Assembly (NCBI GenBank): GCA_965208125.1 | Contig: OZ242320.1 | Location: 4,704,001 to 4,768,000 of the forward strand | From: Candidatus Latescibacterota bacterium | GTDB lineage: Bacteria > Latescibacterota > UBA2968 | Reading direction: 5' to 3' | DNA length: 64,000 bases | Shown: piece after piece, positions 1 to 8,881 of the stretch | Numbering within the stretch: the stretch's first letter is position 1 | Layout: every line of letters starts with the position of its first letter | Made by a program: the position numbers and the translations under genes | The notes under the pieces: model-generated | Told to the model about the DNA's origin: nothing | The model's database searches: none | The model's input: only the letters and a program-made list of their open reading frames with translations

Positions 1-1
1 T

Positions 2-166
2 CCCGCTGCTGCAATGACCGGGTTTGATCCCGATGAGAATAATCGGATCGGTTTTACTTATTTGTTGCGCGATAAGAATTTAGGGCGACAAGTTTGGACA
101 GCAGAGGAGATTTTGCCCGTGTCTTATGATCCGAGTTTGTGGGGTACAGCAGAATTGGTGAGGTAA
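2..166 (+). CDS. 3' end of a hypothetical protein running in from the window edge (possibly a CBM9/DOMON-like sugar-binding fold)
   Basis: Frame 2 is open from the edge to TAA at 164-166: PAAAMTGFDPDENNRIGFTYLLRDKNLGRQVWTAEEILPVSYDPSLWGTAELVR. Confidence 0.6.
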   Translation, partial: PAAAMTGFDPDENNRIGFTYLLRDKNLGRQVWTAEEILPVSYDPSLWGTAELVR

Positions 167-263
167 GTGTTAAAAGGCGAGAAGCGGGTTTGTATTTCGT
201 CAAATAGTTTTGTATATTGGAAACATTGAATAGGACAATGGATTTGTATTCGAGGTTGGTAGC

Positions 264-1271
264 ATGACACAAGATAGCGAACTTTCCCAAGACCTCACCG
301 CTCGCGTGGAGCGTTTGGAGTCGCTGTTGGCAATTAGTCGATTGATGAATGCGACGTCAAACCAGGGGCGGTTGATCAGTGGTATTGCGCATGAAATATC
401 CACGTATTTGGAGGCGGAACAGTGTTCGATTTTTTTTCACAACCGCCTGACAGATGAGCTTTATACGCACGTTGGGGCAGGGGGCGAAAAAGACACGCAG
501 GTGCGAATCCCGAGCAATAGGGGTATCGCGGGGCATGTGTTTAATAGCGGCGATGTGAGAAATGTTTTGGATACCTCCAAAGACCCTTTATTTTCCAATG
601 AGCTTGGGTATGAAACGCATACTATGCTGGCTTTTCCGCTGCACAACAGACGCGGAGAGGTGATAGGCGTGCTGGAACTCCTGAACAAGAAAGACGATCC
701 GGGCTATTTTACAAAAGATGATGAGGGTTTTCTGCACGAGGTGGCCGCGCAAATCGGTGGGTTAGTCGATATGATGCTGAGGCGAGAAGAGATGGCCCAC
801 CGCAATGAGTTGCTCGAAGCGCAGATGGAGCGTTTGTCGGGATTTGAGCACCTGGTGGAGGACCGCACGGTTATCAATACTGTGTTTAAGTACAATCGCA
901 AGATACACTATTGGGCTGGGTTGGTCGGCATGATTTTGTTGGCAGTGATGTCTATTACCTCTCTGGTGATGGTGCGATCTGCTGATTTCCGGAAAATCAT
1001 GCTGGAGTTGCATTCGGGGGTTATTTTTGCGGGTGCTAGCAACGCGTATATTTATACCGATATCGTTGCCTATATTACGTTGACGATTTGTCTTTCTGGT
1101 TTTCTGATGTATGCCTATCCACCGTTGAATCGCTGGATGAGGGCTAAAAAGGATCGGCTTTCGCGGTTTATGATTCAGGCGGGGGTGCGTCAGCACAATC
1201 AAAATCGGCGGGTTCAAGAGGGATTGCGAAAAGTGTTGGGGGGCGGAGATAAACCCTCTGGAAAAACTTGA
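264..1271 (+). CDS. GAF-domain protein fused to a C-terminal PepSY-associated-TM-like membrane segment
   Basis: GAF motifs GIAGHVF...T.TMLAFPL...GEVIGVLELLNKK...FTKDDE; a coiled coil; then RKIHYWAGL + TM helix, LELHSG and a further TM helix. Confidence 0.8.
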   Translation: MTQDSELSQDLTARVERLESLLAISRLMNATSNQGRLISGIAHEISTYLEAEQCSIFFHNRLTDELYTHVGAGGEKDTQVRIPSNRGIAGHVFNSGDVRNVLDTSKDPLFSNELGYETHTMLAFPLHNRRGEVIGVLELLNKKDDPGYFTKDDEGFLHEVAAQIGGLVDMMLRREEMAHRNELLEAQMERLSGFEHLVEDRTVINTVFKYNRKIHYWAGLVGMILLAVMSITSLVMVRSADFRKIMLELHSGVIFAGASNAYIYTDIVAYITLTICLSGFLMYAYPPLNRWMRAKKDRLSRFMIQAGVRQHNQNRRVQEGLRKVLGGGDKPSGKT

Positions 1272-1339
1272 TTTTGTGTTCGGAAAAGTTTATTATCATG
1301 GCTCGCAATGTAAAACGAGAAAGGAAATAGGAGGAATCA

Positions 1340-1792
1340 ATGCGCTATTTGAGGTTTATGGCTTTGGGTTCGGTAATTCTGGGCGTTGTGATGGCAGGTA
1401 TCGCTGGCTGTGGTGGGGGACAAGAACAGGCGGATAATAAGCTGCCTGTGAGACGTGCGAAAATGCGCGAGATTAAATTGAGCACAGACCGGATTATGGT
1501 CGCGCTGAAAAACGAGACGGTTGAGGGGGTTGCCGATGATGCCGAGAAAATTCAGGATGCGTTGAAAGCGGTGATCGATCTCTATCCGACAGAACACGAA
1601 GAGAGATACACGACTTACAACCAGGCATCTCAAACACTGGCTTTGGGGATTGCGTCGGCCGCCAAGGCGGGAAATGTCAAAGAGGCGAATAAGAAGTTCC
1701 GCGCCATGGTACCTTATTGCGGTAAATGTCACGAAGATTGTGCCTTTATGCTGGCTCCTGCATTTCCCGAGTATGAAGACGTAAGCGAATAA
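1340..1792 (+). CDS. Lipoprotein, class II (four-helix) cytochrome c'/c556-like
   Basis: Lipobox IAGC; helical body; C-terminal heme motif CGKCH; strong RBS (AGGAGG). Confidence 0.75.
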   Translation: MRYLRFMALGSVILGVVMAGIAGCGGGQEQADNKLPVRRAKMREIKLSTDRIMVALKNETVEGVADDAEKIQDALKAVIDLYPTEHEERYTTYNQASQTLALGIASAAKAGNVKEANKKFRAMVPYCGKCHEDCAFMLAPAFPEYEDVSE

Positions 1793-1804
1793 AAATTAAG
1801 AATG

Positions 1805-1843
1805 AAAAAAAGCGTCAGCTCAAGTAGCTGACGCTTTTTTTTT
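1805..1843. terminator. Bidirectional rho-independent terminator
   Basis: A7-GCGTCAGCT-caagt-AGCTGACGC-T9 between convergent genes. Confidence 0.9.
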
Positions 1844-1854
1844 GGATTTTGTGA

Positions 1855-2613
1855 TTAGAACCGCCAGATTTTCAGAGCGGTTTTTCCGAATATCCATTCT
1901 CTGTCTTCTTCACTGAGGGTAGATAGATAATCCATCGGGACTTTGAGGCTGTTGTCATAGCCTTCGCGTCGGCTCACAGGGGGATAATCGCTTCCCCACA
2001 TGACCCTTTGGGGACCGAAGGCTTCGATGGCCATGTCGGCGAGTGGAGGAATGGGATCAAAAGGCAAGGGAACGGGACAGATTTCGCCGAATCCGGGAAG
2101 TTTGATAGACAGATTGGAGTGTTCGGCGAGTTCGAGGATTTTTTTAAAGGTATCATAAGGGGGCTGTTGGCCCTCGCCGATGCCCGCGAGGTGTTCGATC
2201 ACAATGGACAGATTTGGAAATTCTCTGATTACTTCTGCAAATTCATCGCTCAGAAGGCTCTGGGGATTGCTCGGCGCACTGACGACGAGGTCGAGTTCGG
2301 CTGCTGTACGCCACTGCGCGAGGGGATCGGCGCAATCGGCGCGGCTATTTGCAGGGAGGCGGATGCCCACAATGCCCTGTTCTGCCCATTGTCGCATGGC
2401 TGTGCCATCGTCTGTTGGTTCAACGATCATGGCCGCTTGAAATTTTCCCGGATGTGCCGCCATGCTGTCGAGCATATACTGGTTGTTCGAGTTTCCCGCG
2501 TACTGGATGAAGACGGCGTGATTGACACCGGATGTGTTCATGTGGTAGAGCAGGGATTCTACTGGTTCGTATTTGTGAAGTCCAATATGGCAGTGCGTAT
2601 CGACAATGATCAT
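1855..2613 (-). CDS. Amidohydrolase family protein (Amidohydro_2)
   Basis: DTHCH, IVIEHLAG and RVMWGSDYP motifs. Confidence 0.9.
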   Translation of the reverse strand: MIIVDTHCHIGLHKYEPVESLLYHMNTSGVNHAVFIQYAGNSNNQYMLDSMAAHPGKFQAAMIVEPTDDGTAMRQWAEQGIVGIRLPANSRADCADPLAQWRTAAELDLVVSAPSNPQSLLSDEFAEVIREFPNLSIVIEHLAGIGEGQQPPYDTFKKILELAEHSNLSIKLPGFGEICPVPLPFDPIPPLADMAIEAFGPQRVMWGSDYPPVSRREGYDNSLKVPMDYLSTLSEEDREWIFGKTALKIWRF

Positions 2614-2640
2614 TGTGTTTTTGCTCCAGAAGGGATGGGG

Positions 2641-3330
2641 TCAAAACAATGCGCCCTGTTCGGGCGGTTGTGTGGGTTTCAGGCAGTCTGGCGTGTCATT
2701 TATCGGGTTATTGACAAGGGTAGAAACGGGGTGTGCGGTCATCTCCTGGGGGGAATAGGGGATGAGGAAGTCCTGGAGGTCTGTTCGCTCTGTTGGATCG
2801 AGCCAGTGGTCATATACATCAGCCGGTAGAATAACGGGCATGCGATTGTGAATCGGTGCCATCAGGGCGTTGGGTTCGGTTGTGATAATGGTGCAGGATT
2901 GGATGTGTTGTCCTTCGGGTGAATGCCAGGATTCCCAAAGGCCAGCAAAAGCAAAGGGAGCACCGGATTTGAGCGCAATGTGCATAGGGGTTTTGGTTCT
3001 GCCGTCGGGATTGCGTTGCCATTCGTAAAATCCCGTTGAGGGGATCAGACATCTCCGTCTTTTGAAGGCCGCGCGAAATGAGGGTTTTTCCGCAAGGGTT
3101 TCTTTCCGTGCATTGATGAGTCGGTTGCCAATTTTGTGATCTTTTGCCCACGATGGAATAAGTCCCCACTTAAAGGTGTCTGCCCGCGGCTCAGCAGTGT
3201 TGGCAATCGCCGTGATATTCTGGCCCGGCGCGATATTGTATTGCAATGGCATCTCGTTGGGAAAAACAACCTGTGGAAATGCGAGTTGGTTTTCATCGGG
3301 TTGGGCAGCATAAACAAATCGACCGCACAT
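2641..3330 (-). CDS. SOS response-associated peptidase (SRAP/YedK/HMCES family), abasic-site protection
   Basis: N-terminal MCGRF; WGLIPSW; INARKET; GFYEW; HNRMPVIL. Confidence 0.95.
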   Translation of the reverse strand: MCGRFVYAAQPDENQLAFPQVVFPNEMPLQYNIAPGQNITAIANTAEPRADTFKWGLIPSWAKDHKIGNRLINARKETLAEKPSFRAAFKRRRCLIPSTGFYEWQRNPDGRTKTPMHIALKSGAPFAFAGLWESWHSPEGQHIQSCTIITTEPNALMAPIHNRMPVILPADVYDHWLDPTERTDLQDFLIPYSPQEMTAHPVSTLVNNPINDTPDCLKPTQPPEQGALF

Positions 3331-3506
3331 GGTGTGATTCCTCGTTCATAGTTCGTAGATTATCTCTTTAAATATGTATAGTCTCTTATCGTCAAATGTC
3401 AAGGTCTTTCCCTATCATAATTTTTGCTTGCTCGCGGGCGAGTGTCTCATTACATTGAGCCGCGTTTTGATAGATTGATATTTATATTTCCGATTGGAGG
3501 GATGTT

Positions 3507-4565
3507 ATGGCAGCAGAGCTGGGTTTTGGCGTTGTTGGACTGGGTATGGGCAAGAACCACTGCCGGTCTGTCACACGGGCCAATGGCGCGAAGTTGGTGG
3601 CCGTGTGCGATGTGGATGAGGAGCGTTTGGGACCAACTGCTGAGGAATACGGGTGCAAAGCTTATACGAGTTATGAAGAGATGCTTCAGGACGATGAGGT
3701 CCAGGTCGTCAATATTTGTGTTGAATCTGGAAAGCACGCCGAACTGGGTATTCAGGCCGCAGATGCGGGCAAGCACATGATCGTTGAGAAGCCTGCGGAT
3801 ATTACGCCTGAGCGCGTTGATCAATTAATTGGTGCAGTGAAAGATGCCGGCGTAAAGGTAGGATGTATTTTTCAAGCGCGCTTGGAACCTCTAAACAGGC
3901 GGATCAAAGAAGCGGTTGATAGTGGTAAGCTGGGCAAGTTGATCGGTGTTCACGGCCATTTGCCCTGGTATCGCGCGGATAGCTATTATCAGGGCGCACA
4001 TGGATCCTGGAAGGGGACGTGGGATCTCGATGGGGGAGGCTCGCTGATGAATCAGGGCGTGCATACTGTCGATTTGATTCAGTGGCTTGCAGGCGGCGTC
4101 GAATCTGTGATGGGCATGTTCGGCGTTTTTGGACACGATATCGAAGCAGAAGATCAGACTGTGGCGTTGTTCAAATTTAAGAATGGTGCGATTGGCACGG
4201 TTTATACGACGACTTGCTGCTATCCCGGACTTCCGCAACTGGTGACTATTTACGGCGAAAATGGATCGATTATGAAAGATGCCTCAAAATTGATTTCCTG
4301 GAAAATTCAGGGCGAGAACGAGGCATCGGAAGAAGCAGAGATGCTGGGTTTTTACGGCGACCAGGAAGACAAACAGAAGAATATTTCAGCAGATCCCCTG
4401 GCCGTCAGTTCTGATGGGCACACGTTGATTATTGAAGACCTCGTCGGGGCGATCAATGAAGACCGCGAGCCTATGATTGGTCTCGAAAGCGCGCGCCATG
4501 CCGTGGAAATTATTACTGCGGTGTTTGAATCCGGACGCACGGGGCGGGAAGTTAAGGTGGGGTAG
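3507..4565 (+). CDS. Gfo/Idh/MocA family oxidoreductase
   Basis: GVVGLGMG, IVEKPA and GGGSLMNQGVHTVD. Confidence 0.93.
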   Translation: MAAELGFGVVGLGMGKNHCRSVTRANGAKLVAVCDVDEERLGPTAEEYGCKAYTSYEEMLQDDEVQVVNICVESGKHAELGIQAADAGKHMIVEKPADITPERVDQLIGAVKDAGVKVGCIFQARLEPLNRRIKEAVDSGKLGKLIGVHGHLPWYRADSYYQGAHGSWKGTWDLDGGGSLMNQGVHTVDLIQWLAGGVESVMGMFGVFGHDIEAEDQTVALFKFKNGAIGTVYTTTCCYPGLPQLVTIYGENGSIMKDASKLISWKIQGENEASEEAEMLGFYGDQEDKQKNISADPLAVSSDGHTLIIEDLVGAINEDREPMIGLESARHAVEIITAVFESGRTGREVKVG

Positions 4566-4587
4566 GGGAAGTGTGAAGTGGAAAGTG

Positions 4588-4619
4588 AAAAAAGCCAGAT
4601 ATCTTGTCTGGCTTTTTTT
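4588..4619. terminator. Bidirectional rho-independent terminator
   Basis: AAAAAAGCCAGAT-atctt-GTCTGGCTTTTTTT between convergent genes. Confidence 0.88.
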
Positions 4620-4625
4620 GTTTAA

Positions 4626-4985
4626 TTACAGATTGTAGCCGGGGAATGTCTCTGCCATCGCCTCTTTGTCCGTGCCTATGAATAGCCGATCATCGGTGTG
4701 TATTAGTGGACGACGTATCAGCCGGGGCTGTTCAGCCATGAGGCGAATTAGTTCATCTGGTGACACAACCTCTCGGTCGAGTTTTAGTGTTCGTGCCGAA
4801 GGACTCCGCCACGAAAATATATCGGCTGGAGAGGTGTCGCCGAGCAATTCCCAGAGTTCTTCCTCAGTGAACTCATCTTTGAAGAAATCCCTCTCCTCCA
4901 CATTGATGCCTTCTCGTGAAAGCCACGCTTTCACCTTGCGGCAGGAACTTCATCTGTTCCAGGTGTAAAAGTTGATTTTAGACAT
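4626..4985 (-). CDS. ArsC/Spx/YffB-family thioredoxin-fold protein, predicted selenoprotein (UGA = Sec12, U-S-S-C motif)
   Basis: ATG at 4985 with an AAGG RBS gives MSKINFYTWNR-(TGA 4952-4950)-SSCRKVKAWL...PRLIRRPLI; the TGA sits at the first Cys of the family CxxC; SECIS-like hairpin immediately downstream. Confidence 0.85.
4916..4934 (-). promoter_or_regulatory. Candidate bacterial SECIS hairpin
   Basis: GTGAAAGC-GTG-GCTTTCAC, a perfect 8-bp stem with a G-starting loop; the stem starts 15 nt after the UGA and the loop 23 nt after it. Confidence 0.7.
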
Positions 4986-4996
4986 GGATACCTTTT

Positions 4997-5233
4997 TTAA
5001 GCGAACTCAAAAATCTTCAAAGGAATAGACTTTTTCGGTTTTGCCTGCCCGTGGACCATCAGACGAATCTTTTCCGCGGTTTCGCGGCTGAATGTCTCTT
5101 CGCCACAGCGGTTACATACCGTAGCCGGAATGCGGTCTATCAGGACGTATTTTCCATCGATTTGGAATATCTCTTCTACCAACTCTTCACGGCTTTCTTC
5201 AGCACCACAAATCGAACATGTAAACATGCTCAC
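4997..5233 (-). CDS. YgiT-type zinc finger protein (MqsA N-terminal-like)
   Basis: CSIC...IPATVCNRCGEETFS pattern; AAGGAGG RBS. Confidence 0.85.
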   Translation of the reverse strand: MSMFTCSICGAEESREELVEEIFQIDGKYVLIDRIPATVCNRCGEETFSRETAEKIRLMVHGQAKPKKSIPLKIFEFA

Positions 5234-5241
5234 CTCCTTAT

Positions 5242-7929
5242 TTACATAGAAACGCCCAGAAGTCCTCGGGTAAATTGAAAGTCTGTGTTACCTGTGAGGG
5301 GCGTTTTAGGCGTGTATTGACGAGAGGCGACGGCGATGATCTGGCGCAAGAGGGCGTCGGCGTTGTGTTTGGGTTCGGTGTTGAAGATGAGGTCAAAGTC
5401 ATCGCCGTAGGAATTGGCGACGCGCTCTTCGGCTGTTGTTTGAAGCATGGGGGTCAGGGGATGGCCCTGCAAGGGGTGATCCCCTGAGTAGGCGATGATG
5501 AGGTGTACGCCTGTGCCGCCCAATCCAGTGAGGGTTTCGACCCAGTGGTCAGTCTGGCTGTCCATGATGTGATAGCCTGGTTGGGTGGGGTTTTGCCCGT
5601 GTGCAAGAGTGGGTGCAGGTGGCGTGCTGCCCAGAACTTCGGATAGATATATGGGATGAGACAGAAAACTCGCATTGTCGGGTACAATGAGCGTGACGCC
5701 TGTGCCGATCAGGGTTTGGGATAGAATGGCGAAGGATTGCGCAGCTATATCGGAAATGGAGCCAGAAGCGTGAAGGCCGACGCTGAGTGCGGACAGGCTG
5801 GCGGGAGTGACTTCAGGGGGAAGCGTCTGCGTGAACTGGTCGAGAAAATAGGCTTCGACCTTGTCGAGAACAGCCTCGATACCGCCGTCGAGTTGCACAC
5901 TGGCCCATCCAAATGCATCGGGGCTGATCCCTCTGTCGTCCAGTGCGTGTCGAATATAGTCGTTGTGGGTCTTTTCACAGCCGTGTTCCAATAACAGGCA
6001 GGTGTGTACGAGGGGGTGGGTGAGGTAGCCGAGCATAGTGCGCGTGTAGAGGCGTTCAGTGGCTTCTCCCGATACACCGCATCCTTCGGTGTGCGGGAGG
6101 GCGACAAAGCGCGAGATGCCCTTGTCGAGTCCCAGCCCCTTTTCTGTGAGGCGTTTTGCCGCCATCAGCGCGATTTGGCCAGAACACAGGCTGGTGGGGA
6201 GAATAAGGCCCAGGCGGTCGGTTGTAAATCCATCTCGGGCGCGAATGGCTTCAAAGCTATGTTCGTCGTCGTCAAATGTCTGAATAGCGAGCGGCACGCC
6301 CTGAGGTTCTGGCCGGTTTTTGAGATCGGGCAAGTGGTCTGTTGAGGTCTGTCGCCAGGTACGCCATATCGAGACTTGTGCGTGTGCGGCTTTTTCGCCT
6401 TTGCTGCGTTCTCCTGAGGCGATTTTGCAGGTCAGGTCAAACATATCGCTGCCGAGGTCGTCCATGGAGATGCCGTCCAGATATGCACCCGCGTTGACAT
6501 CCATATCTTTACTGAGTAGATGATAGCGTTCGGATGTGGTGACGATCTTGATGGTGGGTACAAAGGGGAAGTTTGTGATTGAGCCATTGCCGGTGATGAA
6601 GAAGATCATATTACATCCGGAAGCTACTTGTCCGGCAATACTTTCGAGATCATTGCCAGGGCTGTCCATGAAATAGTATCCCGGATCGGTCATCGGTGCC
6701 GCGTAATCAATGACAGAATCGAGACGGACATCCGGGTGGCGTTTCATGGCTGCGCCGATGGATTTGAGGACGATGTTGTAGAGGCCGCGGAACTTGTTGC
6801 CCCCGGAAGGGTTGCCCTCTGCTGTTGTGCCGTGCCATGCAGCGAGGGTTTTATAGGCTTCCACTTTGTCGAGAAAGCACTGGGCGACATCGTAAGATGA
6901 GACATTTTGAAGAACGTAGGATTCCGCGCCGATGAGTTCGTCGGTTTCTGCGAGGTTGGCTGAGCCTCCGTGGCGAATGATTTCTCTTGCCACCCACGAC
7001 GCCAATGGATTGCCGGAGATGCCCGAGAATGCGTCTGATCCGCCGCATTGCAGCGCGATTTTGATGTGAGATAGGGGTTCGGGCGTGCGGACCATTGCCT
7101 GGACTTGGGGCAACCATTTGGCAATGATGTTTTCACCCTGTTTTAGCGCGTTTTCAAAGCTGCCTTCAAGTGTGAGAAAGTGGTGCAGAACATGGTCGAT
7201 AGGATAGTTGTTTTGCACGAAAAATTCCCGAAGATGCTGGTTGGTGATGGCTTCGTGACCGTAGTCGATCGCGAGTACCGCACCGACGTTTGGATGTACT
7301 GCAAATCCGGCGAGTGTACGCAATAAGAGGTCTTTGTTATTGGGGATTTCAGTGCCGCCGCCTTCGGTATGGGCAACTGCAACAATGCCATCAATATTGT
7401 AATAATCTCGTATGCAATCTTTTAATCGCGCTTCGAGCTGTTTGGCATAACTCGCTGTGCGGGAGGATGTTCCCAGTATGACAATATTATTTCGCGTGCC
7501 TACGCCTCGACCTCCCGATCTTCTGAAACCCTGAAAAGTACCGCACTGATCATAGCGCTTGACTTGTTCACCTGCTTCAAAAGAGGTGATCTGGTATGGA
7601 ACAATGCGATCTTCAAAGTTGGGCACGTCTGGAAGCTCGAAGTCGAGATCGCGGAGTTTGAGGGCGTCGAGGATCTCGGAGTTGCAGGCGTAATCTCCGG
7701 GAGAGATATGGCGCGTTGCAATGCCAAAGGGCAGGCCCCACGAGAGGAGAGGTTCGCCAGGGGCGATGGGTTGGATGGCAAAGCGATGGCCTTCGAGGAT
7801 GGTATGCCGAAGCGCGAAGGTGCGATCTGAATGGATAATCTGGGTGCCTCTTTCCAGTTTTCGGGTCGCAATGCCAACATTGTCTCCCGGAAGAGGGAGA
7901 CGACCGATTTCAGAAAAATTATGTGTCAT
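5242..7929 (-). CDS. UxaA/GarD-family sugar-acid dehydratase (SAF domain, catalytic domain and an extra degenerate second domain)
   Basis: N-terminal SAF domain (GDNVGIA, GHRFA); LQCGGSDAFSGISGNP; GNPSGGNKFRGL; FITGNGS; second LPHTEGCG...EHGCEK unit; start moved to 7929 using the RBS and the promoter. Confidence 0.88.
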   Translation of the reverse strand: MTHNFSEIGRLPLPGDNVGIATRKLERGTQIIHSDRTFALRHTILEGHRFAIQPIAPGEPLLSWGLPFGIATRHISPGDYACNSEILDALKLRDLDFELPDVPNFEDRIVPYQITSFEAGEQVKRYDQCGTFQGFRRSGGRGVGTRNNIVILGTSSRTASYAKQLEARLKDCIRDYYNIDGIVAVAHTEGGGTEIPNNKDLLLRTLAGFAVHPNVGAVLAIDYGHEAITNQHLREFFVQNNYPIDHVLHHFLTLEGSFENALKQGENIIAKWLPQVQAMVRTPEPLSHIKIALQCGGSDAFSGISGNPLASWVAREIIRHGGSANLAETDELIGAESYVLQNVSSYDVAQCFLDKVEAYKTLAAWHGTTAEGNPSGGNKFRGLYNIVLKSIGAAMKRHPDVRLDSVIDYAAPMTDPGYYFMDSPGNDLESIAGQVASGCNMIFFITGNGSITNFPFVPTIKIVTTSERYHLLSKDMDVNAGAYLDGISMDDLGSDMFDLTCKIASGERSKGEKAAHAQVSIWRTWRQTSTDHLPDLKNRPEPQGVPLAIQTFDDDEHSFEAIRARDGFTTDRLGLILPTSLCSGQIALMAAKRLTEKGLGLDKGISRFVALPHTEGCGVSGEATERLYTRTMLGYLTHPLVHTCLLLEHGCEKTHNDYIRHALDDRGISPDAFGWASVQLDGGIEAVLDKVEAYFLDQFTQTLPPEVTPASLSALSVGLHASGSISDIAAQSFAILSQTLIGTGVTLIVPDNASFLSHPIYLSEVLGSTPPAPTLAHGQNPTQPGYHIMDSQTDHWVETLTGLGGTGVHLIIAYSGDHPLQGHPLTPMLQTTAEERVANSYGDDFDLIFNTEPKHNADALLRQIIAVASRQYTPKTPLTGNTDFQFTRGLLGVSM

Positions 7930-7959
7930 GGATTGCATTCCTTTGAAAGTTTGTTTACA

Positions 7960-7988
7960 GTTATACGGAAAAGAAAAAACGATGTCAA
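7960..7988 (-). promoter_or_regulatory. Sigma70-type promoter of the uxaA-like operon
   Basis: TTGACA (7988-7983), 17-nt spacer, TATAAC (7965-7960). Confidence 0.6.
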
Positions 7989-8007
7989 GTTTCATATAAA
8001 AAAGACC

Positions 8008-8037
8008 TTGACATATCACTTACATTTGGTTTATGTT
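8008..8037 (+). promoter_or_regulatory. Sigma70-type promoter of the dtxR-feoAB operon
   Basis: TTGACA (8008-8013), 18-nt spacer, TATGTT (8032-8037). Confidence 0.6.
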
Positions 8038-8046
8038 TCTATCAGT

Positions 8047-8064
8047 TGTTTTATTAGCAAAACA
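8047..8064. promoter_or_regulatory. Palindromic candidate operator
   Basis: TGTTTT-ATTAGC-AAAACA just downstream of the -10 box, ahead of a DtxR-family gene. Confidence 0.4.
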
Positions 8065-8108
8065 TCGGTTAAACGGCTAAACGCACTGTTCAAGGGGGGG
8101 GTGGTCAT

Positions 8109-8633
8109 ATGATGGTATCGGATGTATGGAAAGAATACGAGAGCAACGAGATCTCTCACAGTGTTGCCCATCATCTAACTGCCATTCACGAGTTGATGGG
8201 TGACCTGGGCTATGCACGGGTTTCTGATGTGGCGCGTGCGCTGGAGATTACCCGGGGCAGTGCATCGCTGACGCTCAAAGCCCTCAAGGCGCGCGGGCTG
8301 GTCGTGGAAGATCACAATAAATTTTTGAAATTATCTGAAGATGGCCGCCGCATTGTCGATTCTATTTTAGCCAAACGCGCTGTTGTTCGCAAATTTCTCA
8401 ACGAGGTGCTCAAGCTCGACGAGCATCAAGCCGAAGTGGATGCGTGCAAGGTCGAGCATCTTTTAAGCGCGCAAACTGGTGGGCAATTGCTGCATTTTGT
8501 GCGTTTCTTGCTCTCCGATGATCCCACTGCGCGACAATTTCTCTCTGAGTTCTGGTCCAGGCTGGATCAAAATGAGGATTGGCAGTGGCCCGTTCAAGAT
8601 GTTGATCAATTATTCAATTTGGAGTCTCGATAA
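8109..8633 (+). CDS. DtxR/MntR-family metal-dependent transcriptional regulator
   Basis: HHLTAIHEL, ARVSDVARAL winged HTH and DACKVEHLLS metal site. Confidence 0.9.
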   Translation: MMVSDVWKEYESNEISHSVAHHLTAIHELMGDLGYARVSDVARALEITRGSASLTLKALKARGLVVEDHNKFLKLSEDGRRIVDSILAKRAVVRKFLNEVLKLDEHQAEVDACKVEHLLSAQTGGQLLHFVRFLLSDDPTARQFLSEFWSRLDQNEDWQWPVQDVDQLFNLESR

Positions 8634-8875
8634 TGGCTTATGCAACGGATGCTGCAACCCCACTTTCAATATGGGGCCGGGGTGATGAAGGTACTATTGA
8701 AGGGGTTTCAGGTGCCAATCAACTGGCGGCTCGACTGCGCGAGGTGGGGGCTATACCAGGTGTTCCCGTGCGCGTGTTGCGCGTTGGGCGCACTGTGGTC
8801 ATTCAGGTGGGTAGCAGCAGATTTTGCTTGCGGAAAACCGATGCTGCATGCATCAAGGGAATGAAAGCGGCCTGA
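8633..8875 (+). CDS. feoA: Ferrous iron transport protein A
   Basis: RLREVGAIPGVPVRVLR SH3-like motif; directly upstream of feoB. Confidence 0.85.
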   Translation: MAYATDAATPLSIWGRGDEGTIEGVSGANQLAARLREVGAIPGVPVRVLRVGRTVVIQVGSSRFCLRKTDAACIKGMKAA

Positions 8876-8881
8876 TTTATT

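Noticed and set aside
3340-3360. LexA box upstream of the SRAP gene (GTTCATAGTTC)
   Set aside because: The N3 spacing does not match the GTTC-N7-GTTC box, and I see no other recognisable SOS motif.
7930-8019. Longer N-termini from the ORF track (also at 11309, 13067, 14322, 16312, 26017, 55456, 55525 and 56588)
   Set aside because: They overlap promoters or upstream genes; downstream starts have better RBS or signal-peptide context.
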